Assembly: GCA_944368805.1 (NCBI GenBank)
Contig: CALVXC010000001.1
Span: 7,885-71,884, forward strand
DNA: 64,000 bases
Reading direction: 5' to 3'
Source of the DNA: an uncultured Bacilli bacterium
GTDB taxonomy: Bacteria > Bacillota_I > Bacilli_A > RF39 > UBA660
Of the stretch, positions 27,507 to 37,043 are shown piece after piece; position 1 is the first letter of the stretch; every line of letters begins with the position of its first letter. Both the position numbers and the translations under genes were made by a program. Under the pieces are notes generated by a model. The model was not told the DNA's origin. It worked only from the letters and a program-made list of their open reading frames with translations, and did not search any database.

Positions 27507-30353
27507 GTGAGAAGTAGGAAGTATTATTTTATTATTATAATGTATGGTTTAATATTAACAAGTATATTATTAGGAGTAAATAACATATTTGGTTGTTTAG
27601 GTGATTGGAATAGTCAACATACTGTAATTCCTGATTATTTTAGAAAACTTTTTTATGAAACCGGAAATCTAATTCCTAATTTTGCTTTTAATTTAGGAGC
27701 TGGACAAAATATTTTTAATTTTAGCTATTACGGCCTTATGAACCCTTTTATTTTATTATCTTATTTATTACCATTTGTGCCGATGAAAGTTTATATTGCT
27801 ACTATTAGTATTATTATTCAAATAGTATCTTCTATATTAATTTTTAAATTTTTAGATTCGCATAATTATTCTAAAAAAATATGTTTATTTTCTAGTTTAG
27901 CTTTTCTGACTTTATCACCAATTATTTTTCATTCGCATTATCATATCATGTTTGTTTGGTATTTTCCTTTTTTGATTATGTCCTTATTTGGTGTTGATAG
28001 GTACGTAAAAGATAATAAATCATTTTTACTTATGATTAGTATTTTTTTAGTTTTGCTTACTAATTATTATTATGGAGCAACCTCTATATTAGTAATTGCT
28101 ATATACGGTATATATCAACTAATCAAAAAAAATGATAATCTAAAATCATTTATAAAAGACTTTTTTAAAGCTATGTTACGTGTTATAATTCCTATTTTAT
28201 TAGCTTGTTTTATTTTACTACCAACTTTTTATACAATTATAAATTCAAGAAGAATAACTAATGTAAATATTAATTTATTAGATTTATTTTCATTTCAAAT
28301 AAACGAAAGCATGTATTCTTCTTATAGTATGGGAATATCTAGTTTTTTCATTATTTCTATCATAGGAAATATGTGCCTTAAAAAAACAAAAAAAGAAGAT
28401 TACTTTTTAAGTTTAGCGCTATTAATTATTACTTTTATTCCAATTTTTATGTATGTTTTAAATGGATTTTTATATATTAGGGGTAAAGTTTTAATACCAT
28501 TTATTATTTTATATATTATTTCTTCAGCGTCATTTATTAAAAATATTTACGATAATAATATTAATTATAAAAAAATGCTTTTAATAACTAGTTTAATTGT
28601 ATTACTAGTAATTGTTACGAACTTAAAAAACATTTTTCTAATTATTTTTCTAATCGATATTATTTTAACTTTTATCTTTTTATATTTCTTTATTAAAAAG
28701 AAAAAATATAAAATTTTATTTATTCCGTTAATGATTATATTAATAACTTTAAATATATTTAATAATCTTAATTCTGAATATATAACTAAAGAGCAATATG
28801 AAACAGAACAAAACCAAAACGAAGAAATAGAAAAACTAATCAATTATATAGAAAATGATGATTTTTATAGAACTAATGTTGAAATAAATTCTAATCGAAA
28901 CGTCAATAAATATTGGAATGAAAATTATTATGGTTCAACCATTTATTCATCAAGTTATAACTCTAATTACTATCAATTTTATAACTTTGAATTTGGAAAT
29001 AATATTCCATATCGTAATTCATTTATTATAGACGGTAATACTAATGAATTATTTAATTCTTTTATGGGGGTTAAATATATAGTTGCTAAAAAGAATAAAG
29101 AAGTAAGTTATGAAAAAATAAAAGAAAGTGAAAACTATGCTTTATATTATAATGAAAATGCTTATCCAATCATATATACCGTCAACACATTAGGTTCTTT
29201 AAAACAATATGAGGATTTATCCTTTCCTTATAATGTTGAGTATTTATTAAAATATCCTGTTTTAGAAACAGAAAATAACCAAGAATATGAAACTAATATA
29301 AGAAAAATTAAATTGGATTTAAAACAAACGTATGAAATTAATATTGATAAAAAAGTAAACTATAATTATCAATTAAACGAATCCATTAAAAATAAATATC
29401 TTATTATTTCGTTTGATATAGATAATGATACTGATAGTGATAGGAGTATTACTATTAATGGTGTTAAAAATAAATTAACTTCTAAAGATTGGTATTATTA
29501 TAATAATAACAAAACATTTGAATATGTAATTTATGTAGATGAAGAAATTACTAGTCTTGATATCGAAATGACTAAAGGTAAGTATAATATTTCTAATATT
29601 CATCTATATACTATGGATAAAGTATTACCTAAATATGAAGCTTTACAAAATATAAATATCGATAAAGAAAAAAGTATTATTACTGGTAAAACATCTTTAG
29701 AAAGCGACTCTTATGTTATTACATCTATTCCTTATGATAAAGGATTTAAAGCATATGTTGATGGTACGGAAGTTAAGACTGAAAAAGTTAATCAAGCCTT
29801 TTTAGGGTTTAAAGTTTCTAAAGGAGAACATAGTATCAAAATAGAATATAATTCACCATTTTATAAAGAGGGGCTTATTTTATCATTATTAGGTTTATTT
29901 TTAATGTTTATAACTTTAATTTTAGAAAATAAAAAAATTATAAACTTTATAAAAAAATATAAAGAATTGACTTTATATGTTATTTTTGGTTTTTTAACAA
30001 CAATTGTAAGTTTAGCAATATATTTTATTACAACTAATACTTTTTTAGATGTAAATAATGCCTTAGAGCTTCAAATGGCTAATATTATATCGTGGTTTAT
30101 AGCCGTTTTATTTGCTTATATTACCAATAAAAAGTATGTGTTTGCTAAAACTGATAATTCTCTTTTTAAAGAAATGTTAAGTTTTTACTTATCAAGAATT
30201 GCTTCTTTATTAATTGATATGTTTTTAATGTTTATATTAGTATCAGTTTTAATGTTTAATGATACTATTATAAAAATATTGGTTCAAATAATTGTCATTG
30301 TAACAAATTATTTATTTAGTAAATATTTAGTATTTAAAGGAAGTGAAAAGTAG
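27507..30353 (+). CDS. YfhO-family GT-C glycosyltransferase fused to a C-terminal GtrA-like 4-TM domain
   Basis: 948 aa. 12-14 TM N-terminal region with a large extracytoplasmic domain, typical of YfhO. The last 130 aa ('LYVIFGFLTTIVSLAIYF...ANIISWFIAVLFAYITNKKYVF...NYLFSKYLVF') match the GtrA/GtcA flippase-like family. GTG start at 27507; ATG 27540 is an alternative. Confidence 0.65.
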   Translation: MRSRKYYFIIIMYGLILTSILLGVNNIFGCLGDWNSQHTVIPDYFRKLFYETGNLIPNFAFNLGAGQNIFNFSYYGLMNPFILLSYLLPFVPMKVYIATISIIIQIVSSILIFKFLDSHNYSKKICLFSSLAFLTLSPIIFHSHYHIMFVWYFPFLIMSLFGVDRYVKDNKSFLLMISIFLVLLTNYYYGATSILVIAIYGIYQLIKKNDNLKSFIKDFFKAMLRVIIPILLACFILLPTFYTIINSRRITNVNINLLDLFSFQINESMYSSYSMGISSFFIISIIGNMCLKKTKKEDYFLSLALLIITFIPIFMYVLNGFLYIRGKVLIPFIILYIISSASFIKNIYDNNINYKKMLLITSLIVLLVIVTNLKNIFLIIFLIDIILTFIFLYFFIKKKKYKILFIPLMIILITLNIFNNLNSEYITKEQYETEQNQNEEIEKLINYIENDDFYRTNVEINSNRNVNKYWNENYYGSTIYSSSYNSNYYQFYNFEFGNNIPYRNSFIIDGNTNELFNSFMGVKYIVAKKNKEVSYEKIKESENYALYYNENAYPIIYTVNTLGSLKQYEDLSFPYNVEYLLKYPVLETENNQEYETNIRKIKLDLKQTYEINIDKKVNYNYQLNESIKNKYLIISFDIDNDTDSDRSITINGVKNKLTSKDWYYYNNNKTFEYVIYVDEEITSLDIEMTKGKYNISNIHLYTMDKVLPKYEALQNINIDKEKSIITGKTSLESDSYVITSIPYDKGFKAYVDGTEVKTEKVNQAFLGFKVSKGEHSIKIEYNSPFYKEGLILSLLGLFLMFITLILENKKIINFIKKYKELTLYVIFGFLTTIVSLAIYFITTNTFLDVNNALELQMANIISWFIAVLFAYITNKKYVFAKTDNSLFKEMLSFYLSRIASLLIDMFLMFILVSVLMFNDTIIKILVQIIVIVTNYLFSKYLVFKGSEK

Positions 30354-30354
30354 T

Positions 30355-31290
30355 ATGGAAAAAATATCAATAGTTGTCCCTTGTTATAACGAAGAAGAAT
30401 CTTTACCAATATTTTACGAAGAAATTTGTAAAGTAAGTAAAAAAATGAATTATGTTGATTTTGAATTTTTATTTATTGATGATGGTAGTAGTGATAAGAC
30501 ACTTAAATTATTAAAAGAATTTAATTCAAAAGATAAAAGAGTTAGATATATTTCTTTTTCAAGAAATTTTGGAAAAGAAGCCGGAATGTATGCAGGTTTA
30601 GAAAGTTCAACTGGTGATTTTGTAGCTATTATGGATGTTGATATGCAAGATCCTCCTGAAATGGTTATAAAAATGTATGATATAATAAAAAAAGAAGATT
30701 ATGATTGTGTCGCTCTTTATACTAGTAGTCATGATGATTATTCCATAATAAGGAAATTTTTTACCAATTGTTGGTACAAATTTATCGATAAATTATCATC
30801 AGTTAAACAAGTAGCAGGAGCTAGAGATTTTAGATTAATGAGCCGAAAAATGGTTGATGCAATAGTATCAATGAAAGAATATAATAGATATTCTAAAGGA
30901 ATTTTTAGTTTCGTTGGTTTTAAAACAAAATGGATAGATTATAAAACACCTGCTAGAGTAGCTGGTAAAACGAAATGGAACTTTATTAAACTTTTTAAAT
31001 ATGCAATGGAAGGAATGGTGGCCTTTTCAACAACTCCACTAGTTTTATCCGCGCTTATTGGTATATTATTTTGTTTAATTGCTTTTGTTGCAATTATTGT
31101 AATAATTGTTAAAACACTTGTTTGGTCAGATCCTGTTAGTGGTTGGCCTTCATTAGCGTGTATTATAATGTTTTTAAGTGGCTTACAATTATTCTTTCTT
31201 GGCGTTATTGGAATGTATCTTTCAAAAGCATATTTAGAAGTTAAACAAAGACCACTATATATAATAAAAGAAACTGAAAAAGATAAATAA
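30355..31290 (+). CDS. GT2 polyprenyl-phosphate glycosyltransferase (GtrB/CsbB-like) with C-terminal TM helices
   Basis: 'ISIVVPCYNEEESL...FIDDGSSD' GT-A fold with DxD 'DVDMQD'. Two C-terminal TMs as in GtrB. Confidence 0.8.
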   Translation: MEKISIVVPCYNEEESLPIFYEEICKVSKKMNYVDFEFLFIDDGSSDKTLKLLKEFNSKDKRVRYISFSRNFGKEAGMYAGLESSTGDFVAIMDVDMQDPPEMVIKMYDIIKKEDYDCVALYTSSHDDYSIIRKFFTNCWYKFIDKLSSVKQVAGARDFRLMSRKMVDAIVSMKEYNRYSKGIFSFVGFKTKWIDYKTPARVAGKTKWNFIKLFKYAMEGMVAFSTTPLVLSALIGILFCLIAFVAIIVIIVKTLVWSDPVSGWPSLACIIMFLSGLQLFFLGVIGMYLSKAYLEVKQRPLYIIKETEKDK

Positions 31291-31355
31291 TTTTTTAAAG
31301 ATAAATTGACTTTTAACCATTAATTAGCTATAATACCTTTCATCGAGGTGGTTGT

Positions 31356-31877
31356 ATGTTTTTAAAACAAATTATGTCTTATTATGGTTGTGAAATTAGT
31401 AAAAATTGTTTGCAAGAATTACAAGCTATTTTTGAATTTGCAACCGAGAATAATTCTTTAGATTATAAAACAAATAATGGGTTATCGGGAATTTCGCTTT
31501 ATAGTGAAGATGGTCCAAGTGGAGAATGCGATATAAATCGTCTTTATCAAACTTTTGAAACTAGAAGTAACTTAATAACTTCACAAATCAGACGTGATTA
31601 TTTTGAAACAGGACAAGAAGTTATAAATGCTAAAATTTATAATAAATCAAATGAAACAATTGCTTGTAAAGTTTGTTTTACAGAAGGGCAAATATATTTT
31701 CACCAAAGTATTATCAATGGTAATGGTAAAACATTATATGAAACAAAAACAAATGATAATCATTGCTATTTATATTGTAATGGTTCATTTGTTAAAGAAT
31801 TAGATAATAATGAAAGTATTTTCTCGTCTATTTTAAATTATGATTTAAATAAATCAAATAAAACCTTAACTAAATAA
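31356..31877 (+). CDS. hypothetical protein (Cys-rich, 173 aa)
   Basis: ORF with RBS 'gaggtgg'. No recognisable motif. Confidence 0.4.
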   Translation: MFLKQIMSYYGCEISKNCLQELQAIFEFATENNSLDYKTNNGLSGISLYSEDGPSGECDINRLYQTFETRSNLITSQIRRDYFETGQEVINAKIYNKSNETIACKVCFTEGQIYFHQSIINGNGKTLYETKTNDNHCYLYCNGSFVKELDNNESIFSSILNYDLNKSNKTLTK

Positions 31878-31907
31878 AGTTATCATAAGCGATAACTTTT
31901 TTTAATG
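31878..31907 (+). terminator. intrinsic terminator (agttatc-ataagc-gataact plus T8)
   Basis: 7-bp stem plus T-run. Confidence 0.7.
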
Positions 31908-31965
31908 ATACTATAATGACAAAAATAACTAAATATGATAAAATTATTTTAGAAAGTAGGTATTT

Positions 31966-33198
31966 ATGAAAATAGAAAATGTTAAAGCGAGAGAAATTTT
32001 AGATTCAAGAGGTAATCCCACTTTAGAAGTTGATGTTATTTTGGAAAACGGTATTATCGGAAGGGCTAGTATTCCATCAGGTGCTTCGACTGGTTCAAAA
32101 GAGGCTTTAGAGTTAAGAGATGGTGGTGATCGTTACTTGGGTAAAGGTGTTTTAAAAGCTGTTAACAATGTCAATAATGATTTAAAAAACTTAGTGGTAG
32201 GTATGGATGTTTTTAACCAAAAAGAAATTGATGAAGCTATGATTAAATTAGACGGTACAAAAACAAAAAGTAGATTAGGTGCGAATGCTATTTTAGGTGT
32301 GTCAATGGCTAGTCTAAAAGCAGCCGCTTTAGCCAAAAAATTACCATTATATAAATATATCGGTAATGGTACTATTTTACCAAAACCAATGATGAATATT
32401 TTAAACGGAGGTGCGCATGCGGACAATAATTTAGATTTTCAAGAATTTATGATTATACCACAAGCTCCTTCTATTAAAGAAAGAATAAGAATTGGTAGTG
32501 AAGTTTTCCATACTTTAAAAAAAGTTTTAAAAGAAAATGGTTATAATACTAATGTTGGTGATGAAGGAGGGTTTGCTCCTAATTTAGATAACAACAGTGC
32601 AGGTTTTGAAATTATTATAAAAGCTATTAAACAAGCTGGTTACATTCCAGGGAAAGATGTTAATTTAGCTATCGATGTAGCAGCTAGTGAATTTTATTAT
32701 GACGGTAAATATCATTGTGATGGATTAGAACTAACAACGCAAGAATTGATTGCTTTTTATGAACAGCTAGTTTTAAAATATCCAATTGTTTCAATTGAAG
32801 ATCCTGTTGCTGAAAACGATTGGGAAGGTTTTAGATTAATTACCGAAAAATTAGGTGATAAAATTCAATTAGTAGGTGATGATTTATTTGTTACTAATAA
32901 AGAATATTTACAAAAAGGAATTGATCTAAAAGCTGGTAATGCTATATTATTAAAAGTAAATCAAATAGGAACAATTACCGAAACTTTAGAAACAATTAAG
33001 TTAGCTAAAGATAACAATTATAAGACGATAATTTCTCATCGTAGTGGTGAAACTGAAGATACAACAATTTCAGATTTAGCAGTGGGACTTAATTTAGGAC
33101 AAATAAAAACCGGTTCTTTATCAAGAACTGATCGAACTTGTAAATATAATCAACTTATTAGAATTGAAGAACAGTTAGAAGGGTACTTTAATAATTAG
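31966..33198 (+). CDS. eno: enolase
   Basis: 410 aa, '[11 protein letters not shown]...[18 protein letters not shown]' canonical. This version lacks the usual acidic loop. Confidence 0.95.
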   Translation: MKIENVKAREILDSRGNPTLEVDVILENGIIGRASIPSGASTGSKEALELRDGGDRYLGKGVLKAVNNVNNDLKNLVVGMDVFNQKEIDEAMIKLDGTKTKSRLGANAILGVSMASLKAAALAKKLPLYKYIGNGTILPKPMMNILNGGAHADNNLDFQEFMIIPQAPSIKERIRIGSEVFHTLKKVLKENGYNTNVGDEGGFAPNLDNNSAGFEIIIKAIKQAGYIPGKDVNLAIDVAASEFYYDGKYHCDGLELTTQELIAFYEQLVLKYPIVSIEDPVAENDWEGFRLITEKLGDKIQLVGDDLFVTNKEYLQKGIDLKAGNAILLKVNQIGTITETLETIKLAKDNNYKTIISHRSGETEDTTISDLAVGLNLGQIKTGSLSRTDRTCKYNQLIRIEEQLEGYFNN

Positions 33199-33267
33199 TA
33201 CCTTTTTAATTTACAACTTTTTTAATCCGTGATATAATTATTTTAGGTAATAATCTTGGAGGTAAAT

Positions 33268-35478
33268 ATGGCAAAAAAGAAAAAACGTAAAGAGACAAAA
33301 AAAACTAAAGGATATCAAATCGAGTTAAACGGAATTATATTAATTTTAATTGCCATTATTGGTTTTGGTAGTTCTTATATGAATATGGGAGTTGTTGGTA
33401 AATTTATAAGTGCTTTTTCGATTTTTCTAGTAGGTACTTGGTATAATATTTTATTATTAGCCGTTTTAATAACGGGAATTTATATTATGGTTAAACGTAA
33501 ATGGCCTGTTTTTTTCACATCTAGATTAGTTGGTTTATATATATTTGCAGCTGGGATTTTAATTTTTTCTCATATAAGTTATATATCAAATAGTGATATA
33601 ACTAGTTTAGAAGTAATGAAAGAAACAATTAATAATTTCTTATCAGCTATCAATAGTACAGCTACTATTCAAGGTGGCGGTATTTTAGGAGCATTATTTG
33701 CTGCTTTATTCGTTGCTTTATTTGATGTAGGTGGAACTAAAATAGTTGTTTGGGTATTACTTATCTGTGGAGCAATTATGTTTACTGGAGTATCTATTTA
33801 TGATATTTGTACTTGGTTTAAAACCAAGAGTAAGAAAATTATTGAAAATAATAAAATTAGGCTTAATGAAAAACGACTTGAAGACGCTAAGAAAAGAGAA
33901 GAAAAATACGAAGAAAAAAATAAAGTGGTTATTTCTAGTGTCGATGAATTAATTAGCGTTAATGATAATAAAGAGGAAAAAACTGAAGTTAAAGAGGAAG
34001 TTAAAGATATTTCAACTAAAGGTTATGTTTATCCTTCTTTAAATCTATTAGCTAAACCAACAAAAAACAAAAACAATAATAATGATGCTAGTGTTATTAA
34101 TGAAAACAGTAATATTTTAAAACAAGTATTAACAGATTTTGGTATTGAAGGAAAAGTAGTTGCTGCTAATGTAGGACCTTCTGTTACACAATATGAAATG
34201 GAAGTTAAATCAGGAACTAAAATGAGTAAAATTTTAGGAATTCATAGAGAAATAGCTTTAGCTTTAGCAGCTAAAGATGTTCGTATACAAGCTCCAATCC
34301 CTGGTAAAAAAACTGTTGGTGTAGAAATTCCTAACAAAAGTATTTCCATGGTTACCGTTAGAGAAATATTAGAATCAATTCCTAAAAGTTATGCTAATTC
34401 AAAATTGCTTGCTTCATTAGGAAGAGATATTATGGGTAGACCAATATGGGTTGAAATTGATAAAACACCTCATTTACTAGTAGCTGGTTCGACCGGTAGT
34501 GGTAAATCAGTTTGTATCAATAGTATTATTATATCGTTATTAATGCGTAGTAAACCTGATGAAGTCAAATTAGTGCTAGTTGATCCTAAAAAAGTTGAAT
34601 TATCGATGTATAATGGAGTTCCCCATTTATTAACACCAGTTGTAACTGATCCTAAAAAAGCTAATATCGCTTTAAAAAAGATAGTTGCTGAAATGGAAAG
34701 AAGATATGATTTATTTAGTGAATCAGGTACTAAAAATATAGCTTCTTATAATGCTTATATAAATAAGAAAAATAAAACTTTAGATGAAGCTGGACAAATT
34801 AAAGAATTACCTTATATTGTTGTTATTATCGATGAATTAGCTGATTTAATGTTAGTAGCGGCTAAAGAAGTAGAAGATTCAATTATGCGTATTACCCAAA
34901 TGGCTAGAGCAGCTGGAATTCATTTAATTGTTGCTACTCAAAGACCATCAACCGATGTTATTACTGGTGTAGTTAAAGCTAATATTCCATCACGTATTTC
35001 TTTTGCTGTTTCATCTAGTATTGATTCTAGAACCATCTTAGATATGTCAGGAGCCGAAAAACTACTTGGTAAAGGAGATATGTTATTTTTACCACAAGGT
35101 GAAAACACTCCAATTAGAGTTCAAGGAACATTTATTTCTGAAGAAGAAATTAAAGCTGTAGTTGACCATACTATTAAACAACAAATAGCTCATTATGATG
35201 AGACTATGACAATGGACGATGAAGAGATGAAAGCAACTACTATGGTTGAAGAACATGATGCTAAAGAAGAACCTTTATATAATGAAATAGTTGAATTTGT
35301 AATTACCCAAGGAAAGGCAAGTGCTTCACTTTTACAAAGACGTTTTCGTCTAGGATATAATCGAGCTGCTAGAGTAATTGATTTATTAGAAGAACGTGGA
35401 ATAATTGGACCTAATAACGGATCTAAGCCAAGAGAAGTTTTAGTAAAATTAGAAGATAAAAATAATAGTGAGGAGTAG
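33268..35478 (+). CDS. ftsK: DNA translocase FtsK/SpoIIIE
   Basis: ATG 33268 after 'ggaggt'. N-terminal 4-TM region, Walker A 'VAGSTGSGKSVCINSIIIS', Walker B 'VVIIDELADL', C-terminal gamma wHTH 'LYNEIVEFV...RRFRLGYNRAARVIDLLEERGI'. Confidence 0.9.
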   Translation: MAKKKKRKETKKTKGYQIELNGIILILIAIIGFGSSYMNMGVVGKFISAFSIFLVGTWYNILLLAVLITGIYIMVKRKWPVFFTSRLVGLYIFAAGILIFSHISYISNSDITSLEVMKETINNFLSAINSTATIQGGGILGALFAALFVALFDVGGTKIVVWVLLICGAIMFTGVSIYDICTWFKTKSKKIIENNKIRLNEKRLEDAKKREEKYEEKNKVVISSVDELISVNDNKEEKTEVKEEVKDISTKGYVYPSLNLLAKPTKNKNNNNDASVINENSNILKQVLTDFGIEGKVVAANVGPSVTQYEMEVKSGTKMSKILGIHREIALALAAKDVRIQAPIPGKKTVGVEIPNKSISMVTVREILESIPKSYANSKLLASLGRDIMGRPIWVEIDKTPHLLVAGSTGSGKSVCINSIIISLLMRSKPDEVKLVLVDPKKVELSMYNGVPHLLTPVVTDPKKANIALKKIVAEMERRYDLFSESGTKNIASYNAYINKKNKTLDEAGQIKELPYIVVIIDELADLMLVAAKEVEDSIMRITQMARAAGIHLIVATQRPSTDVITGVVKANIPSRISFAVSSSIDSRTILDMSGAEKLLGKGDMLFLPQGENTPIRVQGTFISEEEIKAVVDHTIKQQIAHYDETMTMDDEEMKATTMVEEHDAKEEPLYNEIVEFVITQGKASASLLQRRFRLGYNRAARVIDLLEERGIIGPNNGSKPREVLVKLEDKNNSEE

Positions 35479-35484
35479 TTATAT

Positions 35485-36447
35485 ATGAGTAGACCAAAAT
35501 TAATTGATTTAGAAGAAGCGATATATGCAGCAGAATATATGATAGATAATTCGAAATTAAATGAGTTGGGAATATTTATTAAGCGAAATAATAAATGGCA
35601 TATTATAAAAGGTATATACGATGATAATTATAACCAAAAATTATCAAATGGTGAAAATTATGATGTTTTTAATAACATTTTTAAAACCTTAAAAGAAACA
35701 ACTACTTATGATAAAGCTGTAATTATTCAAAACAGTTCAAATGATAAATTAATAATATGTATAGGAAAAAGCGTTATAGAAAGTGAATTGGTAGACGGTA
35801 TATATGAAGTTGAAAAAACAGCAATAAAAAAGGCTAAAAATCAAGAAACAACAGAAGTGTTTGCTGATGTTAAATTTGATATTGATCCGATATATTATAA
35901 TGAAGAAGATGAAAAAGAAGAGTTAGCTAAAGAAGAAATAAATCACGTAAGTTATTATCCTTTTGGTATTGATGAGGGGGAAATAATTGAGACGTCTTTA
36001 GAAGGAATTTTAAAAAATGTTCCAAAAACAATTTCTAAACCCAAAGAAGAAGTTATATCTATGTTAGGTAAAGCTAAAATTGGTCAACAAGAAGATAAAA
36101 CTTATAATTGGACGGGAGCTATAATTGATTATGGTACTTTGATGGAACACGATTATAAATATGTTGATACTTCTGATCTAGATTTTGATTTCAATGAAGA
36201 TGTAATTAAACAAATAGTTGAAAAAAGAAACCTAAAAGAAAATAAATTACCAATAACTGTTATTAATCTTAATGATAACGACGAATTTGAATTTATTTCG
36301 GGTAAAAATAGTACTGAAGAAATTTATATGATTAACCAAAAATCTTTATATGATGGTTTAGAAAATAAAAATGAAATTGAATTTAAAAGAGTAAATCCAA
36401 ATAATAGAAGTAATTCTTTAAATCCAAATGAAAGTAAAAGGATGTAA
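35485..36447 (+). CDS. hypothetical acidic protein (320 aa)
   Basis: ORF immediately after ftsK. No recognisable domain. Confidence 0.45.
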   Translation: MSRPKLIDLEEAIYAAEYMIDNSKLNELGIFIKRNNKWHIIKGIYDDNYNQKLSNGENYDVFNNIFKTLKETTTYDKAVIIQNSSNDKLIICIGKSVIESELVDGIYEVEKTAIKKAKNQETTEVFADVKFDIDPIYYNEEDEKEELAKEEINHVSYYPFGIDEGEIIETSLEGILKNVPKTISKPKEEVISMLGKAKIGQQEDKTYNWTGAIIDYGTLMEHDYKYVDTSDLDFDFNEDVIKQIVEKRNLKENKLPITVINLNDNDEFEFISGKNSTEEIYMINQKSLYDGLENKNEIEFKRVNPNNRSNSLNPNESKRM

Positions 36448-36451
36448 ACTC

Positions 36452-36952
36452 ATGAAAAGAAGTAATAAAGGAGTTATTGTTATATTAATTTTAATTATTT
36501 TAGCTTTAGCTAGTTATATTGTTTATGATAATTTTTTTGCTTCTAAAGAAAAGTGTTCTGAAAGTGAAGAAATTTGTGAAATACCAAATGAAGAAACAAG
36601 TGATGATAATAACGAATTAACTCTTAATGAAAAAGCTTGTCTGGCTTTTGAACAAATGTTAGAAAACGATTCAACTGTAAGCAATTATACTATCAATAGT
36701 TGTCAAATAATAGCTGATTGTTATGATGATGAAGAAAAACTTATTTTAAATGTTAACTATGATGTTACATCTCCAACCCAAGATCAAATGTGGATTGCTG
36801 GTAATGGAAATGCAGATATCGATACATTAACAGTTAATGGTAAACAAAACTATGTAGTAGTTAATAAAGAAAATGATAGTTATATTTATACTAGTATGGC
36901 TACAGGAATATTAAATAATTCAGAAACTTCAAAACCTGATATATGTGATTAA
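36452..36952 (+). CDS. hypothetical secreted/membrane-anchored protein
   Basis: ATG 36452. N-terminal TM/signal 'GVIVILILIILALASYIVY', several Cys residues. Confidence 0.45.
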   Translation: MKRSNKGVIVILILIILALASYIVYDNFFASKEKCSESEEICEIPNEETSDDNNELTLNEKACLAFEQMLENDSTVSNYTINSCQIIADCYDDEEKLILNVNYDVTSPTQDQMWIAGNGNADIDTLTVNGKQNYVVVNKENDSYIYTSMATGILNNSETSKPDICD

Positions 36953-36980
36953 AGAGTTTTAAACTCTTTTTTTTTAAACA
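36952..36980 (+). terminator. intrinsic terminator (aagagtt-tta-aactctt plus T9)
   Basis: 7-bp stem plus T-run. Confidence 0.7.
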
Positions 36981-37043
36981 CTTTCTTAACATTTTCGTTT
37001 TACAAAAAACAAATAATTATGATATAATTAGTAAGGTGATAAG

